Source: Minisyncoccia bacterium (GTDB taxonomy: Bacteria; Patescibacteriota; Minisyncoccia; Phycocordibacterales; UBA918). Taken from it: a stretch of DNA of 64,000 nucleotides. Below, piece after piece: positions 12,001-19,332 of the stretch. A program made the position numbers and the translations under genes. The notes under the pieces are model-generated. The model did not search any database, was not told the origin of the DNA, and saw nothing but the letters and a program-made list of their open reading frames with translations. The number at the start of each line of letters is the position of its first letter. The first letter of the stretch is position 1. The stretch lies in NCBI GenBank assembly GCA_041742075.1, contig JBGSJJ010000005.1, positions 97,481 through 161,480 of the forward strand. Direction: 5' to 3'.

Positions 12001-14845
12001 TGAGTACTGGAACTATGCTCGTGATTTTGACGGCACTGTACTTACTAGTGCTGAGCGTCCTGTCGTGGTTTCTCATGCTTCAAATGCAACGACAACTGTC
12101 TCCGGAGGTACGCTTGAGATGGTTGGTGTACTCGGCAACGTCACGACGATTCAAAATCAAGGAGCTGGATCATATACTTTTATAGTGTCGGGCGGAACCT
12201 TCGAAGCAAATCACTATGAGTTTAATCACCTCAACATAAGTGGTCTACAGCTCAGTGGTACACCAACTATCACAGATTTGTCAGATGGATATTTTGAAGT
12301 GGCAGTCGATACTACGTCACTTATTACCTTGTCTTCAACCACCCTAAATGCCAATGCCTCGAAAATATTTGATAATGTTGGCTTCAACGCCGTCGGTCCG
12401 CTGTCTGGAAATAACATAAATCTAGTCGGAGAGACCAGTAATGCTTGGCGTTTCACCAATAGTTATGGAAATATTGATGGAGAAGGTTTTGACATTGATG
12501 GTATTGATGCTTGTGGATCTATCCGTTTTGACGACAGTTCTTGTCTCCTTACTGAACAAACACACGTCCGTTGGCGCTACGATGATGGGGGTGAAGGTGC
12601 TCCTGATAGCGAGTGGTACAATGACAGCTTTGACTACCGCAAGCGTATCAGAGTCGTGAACGAAGATGCTCAGAGCTACGCTTCAACTGCGGTAAAGGTA
12701 CAGGTTACCTACGATAGTGATATGCAAGCCAACTTCGAGGACTTGCGCTTCACGAGTGATGATGGACAAACACTTATTCCGCACTGGGTAGAAAAGTATA
12801 CCGCCAGTACCGACGCACAAGTCTGGGTGAGGGTACCTACTATGACGGCGAGCGATAACGCAACAGTCTTTATGTATTACGGTAGCAGTACAGCCCCAAG
12901 TGTCAGTTCCGGGTTGTCTACTTTTGATGTGTTTGATGACTTTGAGGATAACGACATTTCTGAGTACAGTGGGGCAACATCATTGTTCCAGACCACAGCA
13001 TCACCTGTTTATGGTGGAAGTTATGCCCTTCAAGCTTCCAACCCGCTTGGTAGAACTCAAACTGGAGGTATCTACCTAACTGACCAAACGACCGAGGAAG
13101 GTCAAATAATCCGCTTCACGCAGTACGTTGGTAGTGATAGTAATGATGCCTGTACACTGTTTGGCGTCCAGTCTGGTACATTAAACTACGCATTTTGTAT
13201 GATTCGATTTGGTGTAGACCGCATCGCGTTGGTTCAAGATGTGGAAGACAGTGATTCTTCAGGTACTAAACTTGCGTCTTCGTCCGCATCGTTTACGTCA
13301 GGCTGGTATGAGGTTGAGATTGACTGGCGAGCTAACAACACGGTGACTGCCTATATGTACAATTCTTCTGGATCGCTTGTCGCTTCAACTTCAGCTACCG
13401 GTGTCACGAGCTATGATGATGGTGGGTATGGCTTTACGTATTGGATAAACAACGGAGCGTGGGATAGCTATACTGCTCGTCCAGCCGGACCACGTCGTCC
13501 GCAAGTGTTTACCGGTATTGAGCAGACTTTCGGTGGCGCCACTTGGGCCGGAGCACTCGATGCACCAGCCAACGTCTTCCAACCAGGCGATACCGCTCGG
13601 CTACGTATTGCAATCGAAAACTCTGGTCTCGATATTACCAACCAGCAGTTCTTACTTGAGTATGCAGAAAAGGGCAATGCACCTAGTTGTGAAGCGGTTG
13701 CGGCTGGAGATTTTGATCCTGTACCGAACCAAGCTTCCTGTGGTCTCTCACCAGTGTGTATGCAGACCTCAACATTCATTGCCGATGGAGACGCGACAAC
13801 CGATCAGTTGTTTGGTACCAACGGTACCTTTGCTCCTGGTGAAATGGTGGAAAGCCCTTCTAGTAAAACAGGTGCACTTGATGTTGATCAGGATAATTAT
13901 ACCGAAATAGAGTATGTACTGACGCCAACCGTAAATGCGTCTGATGCCCTTTGTTTTAAAGCAACAAATGATGGAACCGATCTTGATTTCTACGCTACGG
14001 TGGCGGAACTTGGTCTTCAGTTTGATCCGATCCTAACGGGTATGAGTATTAATGGTGGTGGGGTGATTAGACTTACCCCAGGTACGACGACTCCGATTTA
14101 CGCGACGGGTACCGTGAGTGACTTTAACGGGTATCAAGACATTGTTTCAGCGACTACTACCTTCTACCGCAGTACCTCAAGTGCGGCCTGTCTCCCAGAT
14201 ACTAATAACTGCTACATTGCCACGTCAGCTTCATCAACCTATAGTGCCATCGCTTCAACGACCTGTAGCTTTACGTTGTGTTCAGGTAACAGCTGTACAC
14301 TCTCCTGTGTCGCCCATATGTATTACAACGCTGATCCAACCGATATGGGTACCTTTGAAGGTCAGGAATGGCTAGCGTTTGTCGAAGTTGAAGATGCGGG
14401 TAATGGCTATGACTTTGAAACAACACCAGGGGTTATCCTCGAGACACTTAGGTATATCGACGTAAGTAACGGTATCGATTATGGAGAGCTTACTCCGGAT
14501 ACAAACACTGGTAGCTATAACGCCTCAACAACTATCATCAACCTAGGTAACGAAAACCTCGACATCAACATTGAGTCAACTGACCTCTTGGGACTTAGTG
14601 GCTCATCAATTCCAGCCTTTAGACAGAAATTCTCTACCTCTACCTTTGATTACGATACGTGTGGACTGGCTTGTACAGCGCTCTCTTCGTCTTCACTTGT
14701 GAGTGCTCCGCTTGATTTACCAAAACCATTACTACCGGCGCCATTTATTAGTGACGATCTGTATTGGGGAATCTACGTACCGTTTGGTACCGGAGCGAGT
14801 GCGCACCAGGGAGTTAACACCCTCTACCCAGTAGCTGAGGATTAA
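1..14845 (+). CDS. Giant secreted/surface repeat protein, 5'-partial (more than 4919 aa). Domains in order: N-terminal W-x-G-S-x-W-S repeat modules; a Gly-rich low-complexity tract; parallel beta-helix-like repeats of about 40 aa; two DUF2341-like modules; a LamG/concanavalin-like region; three tandem repeats of about 780 aa; a Cys-containing C-terminal region.
   Basis: The reading frame is open from window position 2 with no upstream stop, so the N-terminus lies outside the window. DUF2341-like motifs at about nt 5660 (WNYRVPVVIQ...GGDIRVTESNG...YYVYYGN) and nt 12637 (YRKRIRVVNED...LRFTSDDGQTLIPHWVE...VFMYYGSS). The YSQDHNG...EYWSYATDFDGT motif occurs three times, at about nt 7250, 9606 and 11930. 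Gly-rich GGGGGAGG tracts lie at nt 1850-4100. Confidence 0.85.
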   Translation, partial: GDQFATGDNRNIETTATQAQITTTITEAMVAYGESSTLFPRYRIWSGSEWSEAENALSTNALVEWAELKAGTKRSEYALATLGTDGDVNVQIYDGNARTWGDMNELVTEIPVTGYRGVDIAYETDSGDLLAVACSDDDAVFSVWDGASWSTTTSLSLTKATDCQFIKMASDPDSDEIITVFKHEFTGDPDYEALVWTGSSWSASNLTFGAISQAANEGITVEYEESGDQAIVAVANGGGNNFVYNTWNGSSWSGNLTNALQDDFQHGVLKRDVGTDRMALCGIDVDGQVTSTVWDGSAWGTAYTLDTAGNSQAGRPVSCEFETLGDRDGYIMIPYSDTANARYQYGSTSYSGELDITGLNLSNGAWTTQTVRTNDGLILALFLKEDGPAPTDQYLFAYWDGASWLGQDTLSNLPSVTTTPFHESISMAAQIFPNFVDGTIRSTSINFADGDSPRWQEVSWTDSTPAGSTVEYRVYYETATGTFALIPESALSGNEDGFTTSPIDISDLDSDIYSVLQLEAELICDEDNCPSVLDWTVEWSEGISISGLALEYDQATALSTGTIAVAVNGDLQDGKTANISGTIGSQEEVFDTAGTSTFSVPAGVNELTVKSWGAGGGGGAGGLRNVGAVGGGGGFMQGTLSVTPAENLTVAVGGGGSSGSYGVPAGAGGGGGYSGVYRTSTPLIVAGGGGGGGAGAGGIGYAGVGAECAVTAAAATACLPQLPAGTAEHDVLIAVLHSRTDTAHTCTTNCTGWTEFSTQAGGNGRLSVWWYRQGTTTPTGPTFAGPTSGSYTGRIWAFRGVAQSGNPFDQVSSNTTQGATTNYAGSNLTSTVSNSMLVMVGGSVDDQAWGPGGGSCNVPSGANGDFYAVHAGSNNNSIFLCYDGTPSGGTGSLGVPSMTQAASVAGRWFNFNLRAETSVGAVAAGGGGVGGGLIGGDGGSGDTAFSATGGTISDLFGFRHHVFTASDTFEILSGTRPIDLLLVGGGGGGGGYQFGAGGGGAGGVRVLQNQALGVDTYTVTIGAGGTGGDNTDTSAGNGQSGGDSSFDAEVALGGGGGLRGARPNDGSTGFFGASGGGGGSTIINGVSHTGGTSTAGQGNDGGTGGASNGTDNQSAGGGGGATAVGSNGTNGTGGAGGAGINLGSLWGTSVGASGWFGGGGGGKRTNAGGDTAGAGGIGGGGGGVGDNNGTTATANTGGGGGGGAGTTATQYGGTGGSGVVIARYRIPFLGGFGGTQSAGGVSGGNGASGSAFLGGAGDTGVSGGAGGAGGFLGGASGGTGNSTSSEAGGGGGAGGYYGGGGGARGNAGLYSGTGGAGGSSYAIATATATSTISGSGNTAGNTGDSDYGGTAGTGGTGGALSTDGVSGADGRVVISWVGSTTPGTWTIPNVSAQVGDIITVFIVAPDGTKEAVAVTKYDGAGDISGMQLSERHLTLGSDDEPTISNQNLEVYKNNDNPNIFFDVSVAGVLNLCAEATCTDSRLRVLASTTYQPGANGSVINFQNSGTFAPATNTLRVLNRWQQQGTFLPDSSTIIFTATSGTPTLENATTSFVFNNVTFGETTGTASWTIDKPLDVGGALTVNYGTLARGTSTIMVAGNLSLGANGYITGLATTTFDGSGSNTWGDAKASASSTNIGHVVIDGTGKTITLAGNVGAQTVTIGADDTLNSSGSPFNINVVSAWTNYNAFIPQSGTVTFIGTTTGTIARGTSAFNNLTFSGVGGNWSFATATLALNGNFTIATGTVTLPTGTTTIAGSFLNTGGTFAHNNGEVRMTSTAGGRTITQSGTAFLNAFYDLVFAGSGSWSFNEANATTSRQFRIQSGTVTFPSGKLTVGGDFLTTGSGAFAHNNGEVVLLVQETNSVRANTSSFNNVRTVSAATGSWYNDTWNYRVPVVIQESQIDDTLTNFPVYVNLDDFSSSFFSNVKADGGDIRVTESNGITEVPVEVVSIDTSGTTGEIYFRATSLASTTNTTYYVYYGNTTATTVASTTAYGARNVWSNSYVLVSHMDDLTTSIVENSAGAVNGIKTNTSGTAVPGNPPEVSTGRIYEAQDLSTVPIQHTGNFLNSQTQYNVSLWFNPDNIAGSAPQETNVYGHSLYGVSSAGNYDWVSIGGSTAGTSANSSEICVRAFTNSTTCNVTSGTNLTAGNWYYLSINAVQNSTLTARVNGTTRGTFTAGNLAPNTNFTIGALRPNRTPPIVFDGRIDEVRVSTTTRTDAWRDAEYRNLATTTTFYTVSTPETGRTRTFADTNATILGNLVLENGGDATFPTGVLGIGGSFDNNADFTANGGTVRFNSTAGAETIAVGSSTFATLDFNSATGNFTVTENATATVAISLTNVSQFTLQSGLRLATAGTFSNAANGSNTTWTGSTLALLGSDHSINTKTSTGDAYGTLQTTGDTDIAMWNSTSTVYDTASTSSIYSQDHNGVDGDLYIFGNYVRSTGTEYWSYATDFDGTNLGTTSGRQVDVRVATSSTVGFSSSTLSMQGSATASTTIDAQTGAFSLNASNTTITAEYFTVAGTDASGFGLRASTTLSTFRDGFFTVTPGRTGITISSTTVSHNPSAQFYRIGFATTSAGTASNVTLVGTSTSFVWFREGGGGLYGEAYDAGDANPGSVRWDDSSNSIVVSGIVYADDGVTPRSSSTVVRIVVDGGTYTATTSSTAGTGAYSFPAVNYIGDPKIVVYLDTNGGVTGSVVTKTPTSNITNMHIYVNRVITRHQDILPLTASDMQSFDFDNDTDLRFIAATTSLTVLPSTELFVFASTTFAPGGNVTLLGNGSSTSYEGTLQIGTNATFRASSTETHTLAGRFVMATTSTFTSASSTFIFNATTTGKSITSPNTVTFNEIAFTGVGGGWNITAPLTVVQSMQIATGTVTGTSNISLLYGSLYGDGTLSFGSGTTTLARSNTFGGMRAWTLNNLVLGNGVNVGTTTPVTVATTTILGRLTIASAHFLDAGSTSWNLNGSGTVFVETGNLLEGTSSFRYSGASSSILSTTYYNLELNAGSPNPVYTAVGSGINVLNDLVVGGTASTTVNFATNDPVLAVGNDMRIQPNGTFIASDSGLFTITGSYDNNGVFTGSNGTTTFIGSGSETISAGNSAFSSVNINGTGSFTITENATSTGAFTLTNHANFTVASGQTLSFGGAFTNTLGGGATTFASSTLHFYGGNTKSINASTTSDSYETLSVASGTNVRMWNSNAITYAATGGIYSQDHNGNNGLLHIYGAYTSSANNDYWSYATDFDGTSLVGGSERQAVVALASSASASYSGGSLTVLGSTTATTSITNQGSGIYGLTIGGTTATNWNHVSIRDINSSGVVFGGSPTVANFSNTDHLVKINSATAVTVGGSVINANEAKSFTGNIFEADLGVTGAVNVTATGTAVSSWRFTLHSGDIAGEAYDSDPQGDPGYITWDDSAASITVSGTVYSDESSTLSNVCDGVTQNIRLVVKSETTDKAYDMTCDATTRVYSTSSVAYSPNDLLVVYIVGETEKATSATTEPISSINNLHLIENRVIVRHESTNPLTIARMSLWDSSDDSDIQYTAVNATPDTLTIPADRKLLIWTGKTFEPNGNVTVSGGGSGSAEDGTLEAQTNARFRASSTVAQVHSIGGSFIFNTGAVFESALSTTSFTTTGSGRTIDVNEGAFSNASFSGSGSWNVTDPTLTVRGSLLQSAGALTFGTATTTIGRSFNATGGSFTINNSPLIFTSTTTGNTVRFDDSPVASMYFTGTSGAWTLADTNATATQSVIVERGTLTFPSGNFAIGGSLRNVSGAFVHNTADLIMTATTSALVRASSSDLYAIRFAGAGPFTLEDVSTTFRDNFTIASGTVTVGTGTLAVGGSFDTTGGVFNHASGTVLLNASAVGKTVNPGSSPFYNLQIGAPAGGYTFLNATTTNNLTFASVSNFTQQSGSRLYVGGVFSNVVQNASTTWTGSTLALGPNQAYNVNSRTNSGDTYGTLTIDANSDIRFWYSSAATTTVASTASLYSQDHNNTNGALYIYGDFGISSTTEYWNYARDFDGTVLTSAERPVVVSHASNATTTVSGGTLEMVGVLGNVTTIQNQGAGSYTFIVSGGTFEANHYEFNHLNISGLQLSGTPTITDLSDGYFEVAVDTTSLITLSSTTLNANASKIFDNVGFNAVGPLSGNNINLVGETSNAWRFTNSYGNIDGEGFDIDGIDACGSIRFDDSSCLLTEQTHVRWRYDDGGEGAPDSEWYNDSFDYRKRIRVVNEDAQSYASTAVKVQVTYDSDMQANFEDLRFTSDDGQTLIPHWVEKYTASTDAQVWVRVPTMTASDNATVFMYYGSSTAPSVSSGLSTFDVFDDFEDNDISEYSGATSLFQTTASPVYGGSYALQASNPLGRTQTGGIYLTDQTTEEGQIIRFTQYVGSDSNDACTLFGVQSGTLNYAFCMIRFGVDRIALVQDVEDSDSSGTKLASSSASFTSGWYEVEIDWRANNTVTAYMYNSSGSLVASTSATGVTSYDDGGYGFTYWINNGAWDSYTARPAGPRRPQVFTGIEQTFGGATWAGALDAPANVFQPGDTARLRIAIENSGLDITNQQFLLEYAEKGNAPSCEAVAAGDFDPVPNQASCGLSPVCMQTSTFIADGDATTDQLFGTNGTFAPGEMVESPSSKTGALDVDQDNYTEIEYVLTPTVNASDALCFKATNDGTDLDFYATVAELGLQFDPILTGMSINGGGVIRLTPGTTTPIYATGTVSDFNGYQDIVSATTTFYRSTSSAACLPDTNNCYIATSASSTYSAIASTTCSFTLCSGNSCTLSCVAHMYYNADPTDMGTFEGQEWLAFVEVEDAGNGYDFETTPGVILETLRYIDVSNGIDYGELTPDTNTGSYNASTTIINLGNENLDINIESTDLLGLSGSSIPAFRQKFSTSTFDYDTCGLACTALSSSSLVSAPLDLPKPLLPAPFISDDLYWGIYVPFGTGASAHQGVNTLYPVAED

Positions 14846-14863
14846 GTGGTACGATAGTGATAC

Positions 14864-16375
14864 ATGAAACGGAGTTTCGCTTCTATTTTTTTGACGTTCT
14901 TTTTTGTCGCAACGGTAACGTATGCGCAATCGAGTGACGTCAGGCCCCCAACTATCTCTGGAGTACAAATTGAGCAGGTGTCGCCAACTGAAGTAAACAT
15001 TACGTGGCAGACCGATGAGGACGCTGACTCACTCGTTAACTACGGACTCAAACCCGATTACGGAATTGTGCGTATTCCCGACCCCAGTCGAGTAACGCAT
15101 AGCGTGACGCTCGATGAACTCGAGCCAGGCAGACAGTATTACTTCCGCGTTGTTTCAGCCGATGCTGAAGGGAACCAAGGTATCTCGGCTGATTACAAAA
15201 TTCAGACTGATGCCGAGCCGTCAGAAAACTCTGGCTCTGGAGCAGGGGAGGGGCAAGCAGAAAGTGCTGGCGAGGGTCAAGGATCAGGTCAAAGTCCGGG
15301 ACAAGGAGGGAATCAGTCAACGACTGAAGAAATTGTCGAGCAGATTGAACAAATAACCGAAGTTACTCAACTCCAAGAAATTCTGGAAGTAACGATTCAG
15401 GCAATTCAGGGTATAACCGACGACCTTACTATTATCGGTCCGCCAACTGTCATTCCTGAAACAACGACCGCCATTGTCCGTTGGACCACTGACCGCGATG
15501 CCGATTCCACAGTGTTATTTTCAAGAACAAGTGGTTTCAATGGTACAGACTATGCCTTTTCTCAATCAAGTACCGGTGGAGCCACGCGAGACCATGAAGT
15601 ACAGCTCATTGGACTAGAGTCATTTACTGACTATAGCTTCAAAGTGCAATCAACTGACGCTCTTGGCGTACTCGGGGAAAGTCGTAATTTTACTTTCAAA
15701 ACTAAGGCGTCGTTACCAGATATTCGCAACCTTCGTATCGTAAAAGTAGAAGAAAGTTCAGCTACGATTGCTTGGGAAACTACTGTGCCAGCTAAAGCAC
15801 TCATTGAGTATCAAGACCTCACGACCGGTGTACAGAACTCAATCGGTCGACCGACCCTAGCGACGACGCACCAAATGCGTATCGCTGACCTTACGCTTGG
15901 TACTCGCTACGTTGCCTTCGTGGTGGCTGAAAACTCCGGTGGTGACCGTGTCCGCAGTCAGCCAATTACCTTTATTACGACCCGTGACTCAGCGCCACCA
16001 ATCATTAGCAACGTCACAAACGAATCAACCATTTTCCCGGGCGGTGAATCGCGTATTCAAACTATTGTGGAGTGGCGTACCGATGAACCTGCGTACTGTA
16101 CGATGACGTATCGTGAAGGAGTGGCCGGTGGTGTCGACCCAGTGACGCTAGAAGACGAAGAAATTAACTACACTGAACGTCACGTGAAGGTGATTATCGA
16201 TTTTGCTTCTGCCACTGTGTATCAGTTCTGGCTTAACTGTACTGATGAGGCTGGAAACGCCATCCAGTCAGAAAATTTTGTACTCTTTACACCGGTCCAA
16301 GAGAAAAACATTATCGACTTGATTCTCGAGAACTTTGAGTCAACATTTGGATGGGTAAAGAATATAACGGGGTAA
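14864..16375 (+). CDS. Secreted protein with fibronectin type III-like repeats of the kind found at the N-terminus of purple acid phosphatases, and an internal acidic Gly/Gln-rich linker.
   Basis: Signal peptide MKRSFASIFLTFFFVATVTYAQS. Repeated motifs of the form ...W.TDE.ADS.V.YG.....G.......THSV.L..L.PG..YYFRV.S.D..GN appear at least four times. Confidence 0.7.
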   Translation: MKRSFASIFLTFFFVATVTYAQSSDVRPPTISGVQIEQVSPTEVNITWQTDEDADSLVNYGLKPDYGIVRIPDPSRVTHSVTLDELEPGRQYYFRVVSADAEGNQGISADYKIQTDAEPSENSGSGAGEGQAESAGEGQGSGQSPGQGGNQSTTEEIVEQIEQITEVTQLQEILEVTIQAIQGITDDLTIIGPPTVIPETTTAIVRWTTDRDADSTVLFSRTSGFNGTDYAFSQSSTGGATRDHEVQLIGLESFTDYSFKVQSTDALGVLGESRNFTFKTKASLPDIRNLRIVKVEESSATIAWETTVPAKALIEYQDLTTGVQNSIGRPTLATTHQMRIADLTLGTRYVAFVVAENSGGDRVRSQPITFITTRDSAPPIISNVTNESTIFPGGESRIQTIVEWRTDEPAYCTMTYREGVAGGVDPVTLEDEEINYTERHVKVIIDFASATVYQFWLNCTDEAGNAIQSENFVLFTPVQEKNIIDLILENFESTFGWVKNITG

Positions 16376-16677
16376 TACATGGCATCTCAAAATCTCTTTG
16401 GGTTAAGGCAAGACACCAGCGTACATTCCTTACAGGAACTGTACACCTTTTGGATATTTCTGTTCATTACATTCCAGAACTTTCTCAAAAGGTCTTGCGC
16501 TGTGAGTCCCTACTCACGACTCACTCCCTCTGGGGTCGTCTGTACTGGGTGTTTGCATAAGGGAAATATTCTCGTGGCTTCGCCACTTGGTATTTCCCTA
16601 AAATATAACCGGCTAACCGTATGCACAGTCACTTCCACCTATATATTGTGTTCTGTGTTCTAATGAACTAAATAGTT

Positions 16678-18000
16678 ATGGCAAAACCGCTCATTGTGTG
16701 TCGAAATCTCGACATCATCTACAACAAAGGAAAATCAAACGAATTTAGAGCACTTCAAAATGCTAGTACTGACATCTATGAAGGTGAGTACATTATTCTG
16801 TTCGGTGCGTCTGGTTCAGGTAAGTCTACCCTCATGTATGCCATCCAGGGCTCACTGCCACCAGGCGGAGGAACCATGCTTATTGGTGGGGAAGACATTT
16901 ACAATATCCCGGTTGATGACCGTATCTACTTTCAACGATACATCATGGGTATTATCTTCCAGTCATTTAACCTGATTGGGTCTCTTTCGGTACTCGACAA
17001 TGTAGCCCTGCCGATGATTTTTGCTAACGTGAATAAGCCAACCCGCGAACGTCGCGCACAATCGCTTCTCGAGCGGTTTGGTGTTGGTCACGTCTCACAC
17101 AAGATCCCAGCGATGCTTTCCGGAGGTCAGCAACAACGTGTTTCAGTAGCACGGTCGATGGTTAATGACCCTAAGATTCTTCTGGCTGACGAACCGACCG
17201 GTAACCTCGACTCGGTTTCGACTCAGCAAGTAATGGACAAAATTGATGAAATTAACACGTTCGATAAACGCACAATTATCATGGTGTCGCACAACGCGGC
17301 CCACTTGAGCTACGCCCACCGTGTGTACTACCTCAAAGACGGTTTTATTGTCCGTGAAGTGGTAAACCCACAGCGTAAGCAAATCAAACCGGTAAAAGAG
17401 GGGGAGACGATTGTAACTGAACTCGAACAGCTCGCCCGGCTTTTCCCCTATGACTCAGTTGATACCCTTCGCGTAAAAAGTTTAGTAAATCTCCTCACGC
17501 AGGAGTATACCTTTGATCAACTTGAGCGAATGGAACGGGTGATGAGCTTCTTGATTGAAGGTAAGGTGGATAAAACTGCCGTCATAAAGGCCCTAGTCCT
17601 CCCGTACGAACAAGGTGGTGTCGGGATACCGGAAAAAGATGCGCGAAAAATGGTACATATCGCTACTAAGATTGTTGGACAAGCAGAGGATATTCGGCGC
17701 TTCAGAAAAAAGCATACTGATGACCATGTATTTTTTGACCAGCACCGTCTTGCTGAACGATTGCGCGACCATCTTCTCCAATCATATCGTCTCGCTCTTT
17801 CAAAAAAGCAAGATGAAAACTTGGTTGAACTCATCGCTGACCGAGTGGTTGGTGTGAGTGGGGAAGATGAATTTAATGCTGAGCTCATGAAAGGTGTGAG
17901 TGTCGGTGGGTTAGCTCTTTCAGAAAAAGAGGCCGATGACCTCACTCGCTATTTTGAAAAAATTATTGCCCTTGGTGTGGATGTAAGCTACAAGTCGTAG
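16678..18000 (+). CDS. ABC transporter ATP-binding protein of the FtsE/LolD/MacB family, with an unusual C-terminal extension of about 200 aa.
   Basis: Walker A GASGSGKST, ABC signature LSGGQQQRVSVARS, Walker B ILLADEPTGNLD, H-loop MVSHN. The ATPase core ends near residue 230; residues 230-440 are extra. Confidence 0.85.
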   Translation: MAKPLIVCRNLDIIYNKGKSNEFRALQNASTDIYEGEYIILFGASGSGKSTLMYAIQGSLPPGGGTMLIGGEDIYNIPVDDRIYFQRYIMGIIFQSFNLIGSLSVLDNVALPMIFANVNKPTRERRAQSLLERFGVGHVSHKIPAMLSGGQQQRVSVARSMVNDPKILLADEPTGNLDSVSTQQVMDKIDEINTFDKRTIIMVSHNAAHLSYAHRVYYLKDGFIVREVVNPQRKQIKPVKEGETIVTELEQLARLFPYDSVDTLRVKSLVNLLTQEYTFDQLERMERVMSFLIEGKVDKTAVIKALVLPYEQGGVGIPEKDARKMVHIATKIVGQAEDIRRFRKKHTDDHVFFDQHRLAERLRDHLLQSYRLALSKKQDENLVELIADRVVGVSGEDEFNAELMKGVSVGGLALSEKEADDLTRYFEKIIALGVDVSYKS

Positions 18001-18009
18001 AGAAAGTTT

Positions 18010-18018
18010 TGCTATACT
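18010..18018 (+). promoter_or_regulatory. Extended -10 promoter element TGCTATACT, 6 nt upstream of the ATG at 18025 (leaderless candidate).
   Basis: Exact 9-mer shared with 25275, 55719 and 58683. Confidence 0.5.
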
Positions 18019-18024
18019 GACCAT

Positions 18025-19233
18025 ATGAGACTCCAAGATTTGGCCCAGCTCTCCACGCGTGCTTTTAAAACCAACCCGCTTCGTACCTGGTTAACTATTT
18101 TAGGTATGGGAGTGGGTACTGGTGCGGTGGTGGTTTTGGTGGGACTTGGTTTCGGACTCCAACAGATTATTTTGGAGCAAATTGTGTTTGGAGAAACATT
18201 GCTTTCCCTGGGTGTATCAGCCACTGGTGCACAAAACTTACGTCTGACACCGGAAGTGGTAAACGAATTTAAGCAAATGGATAACGTGCTCGATGCTGCG
18301 CCACTGGCTCGTTTTCCGGCTTTGGTAACCTATAAAGGCCTCACTGGTAACGTATTCGTGCAAGGCGCTGAACCGCCCTATATGCGCTATGGCGGAGTGA
18401 CTGCCCAAGAAGGAGAGGTGTTTACTGACGAAGACTTGGGGGACACCAATACCGTAATGCTTTCACCAGCCGTATTGAAACTATTCGGCATTGAAGATAT
18501 GGAAGGCTTTGTCGGTGAAAAAGTTCGCTTTCGTATTTTGGTTCCCGCTAACGACGGTACTGACACTATTAATGAAGTGGTGATTGAAAAAGACTACACG
18601 GTACGCGGTATTACTAAAGAAGAAGGGGTGCTCAATGCTCTTATGATGCTTCCCGAACTGCGTACGTATATTGGTATCGAAGAGTTCGAGCGTGTCCAGG
18701 TTCGTGTCGAAAGTAGCGAGTTCTTGCCAGTCGTAGAAGCGCAACTGATTGAAATGGGGTATCGAGTAACGGCTTTGTCAAAGACCGTTGAGCAAGCATC
18801 GAAAATCTTCCAAGGAGTTCAGGCTGTTTTAGCTACGTTTGGTGGTATAGCTCTCTTGGTGTCAGCTATCGGTATGTTTAACACCATGACAGTGACTCTC
18901 CTCGAGCGAACCAAGGAAATTGGTATTATGCGTACTATTGGTGCTGCGCCACAGGACATTAAGTGGCTGTTCGTCTCTGAGTCTATCGTGGTGGGTTTTC
19001 TTGGGGGTATATCGGGGATTGTGATGGGGGTGACCCTTGGTTTGGTGGTAAACCTGCTTCTTAATATCGCGGCCAGTCAATTCGGCGGTGAATCAGTTAA
19101 CCTCTTTTCCTTCCCAATTCCATTCCTCATTTTCATTGCGCTTTTCTCCGCGACGGTGGGTTACTTAACAGGAATTTTCCCAGCGAAGCGGGCGGCGTCT
19201 TTGAACCCACTTGATGCGATTCGCTACGAATAG
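18025..19233 (+). CDS. ABC transporter permease, FtsX/MacB-like: one N-terminal transmembrane helix, an extracytoplasmic domain of about 200 aa, and three C-terminal transmembrane helices.
   Basis: The hydrophobicity pattern and the C-terminal FtsX-like region (GIMRTIGA...; LNPLDAIRYE at the C-terminus) fit this family. It sits immediately downstream of the ABC ATPase. Confidence 0.8.
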   Translation: MRLQDLAQLSTRAFKTNPLRTWLTILGMGVGTGAVVVLVGLGFGLQQIILEQIVFGETLLSLGVSATGAQNLRLTPEVVNEFKQMDNVLDAAPLARFPALVTYKGLTGNVFVQGAEPPYMRYGGVTAQEGEVFTDEDLGDTNTVMLSPAVLKLFGIEDMEGFVGEKVRFRILVPANDGTDTINEVVIEKDYTVRGITKEEGVLNALMMLPELRTYIGIEEFERVQVRVESSEFLPVVEAQLIEMGYRVTALSKTVEQASKIFQGVQAVLATFGGIALLVSAIGMFNTMTVTLLERTKEIGIMRTIGAAPQDIKWLFVSESIVVGFLGGISGIVMGVTLGLVVNLLLNIAASQFGGESVNLFSFPIPFLIFIALFSATVGYLTGIFPAKRAASLNPLDAIRYE

Positions 19234-19332
19234 GTAAGTCGGAGCACCCGAAAGCCTCGCGTACTTTATGTGTATAACTAGGCATTTTTCCAGTATGGAT
19301 TGGGTACAATAAGATGGAACCTTTAGTAATTT

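Noticed and set aside
16351-16663. Two small + strand ORFs (69 and 94 aa) in the 300-bp spacer between the Fn3 gene and the ABC ATPase gene.
   Set aside because: They overlap each other in different frames, have no Shine-Dalgarno or promoter motif, and have low-complexity hydrophobic translations. They are more likely non-coding spacer; a short palindrome GTGAGTC...GACTCAC is present, but I could not assign a known RNA family.
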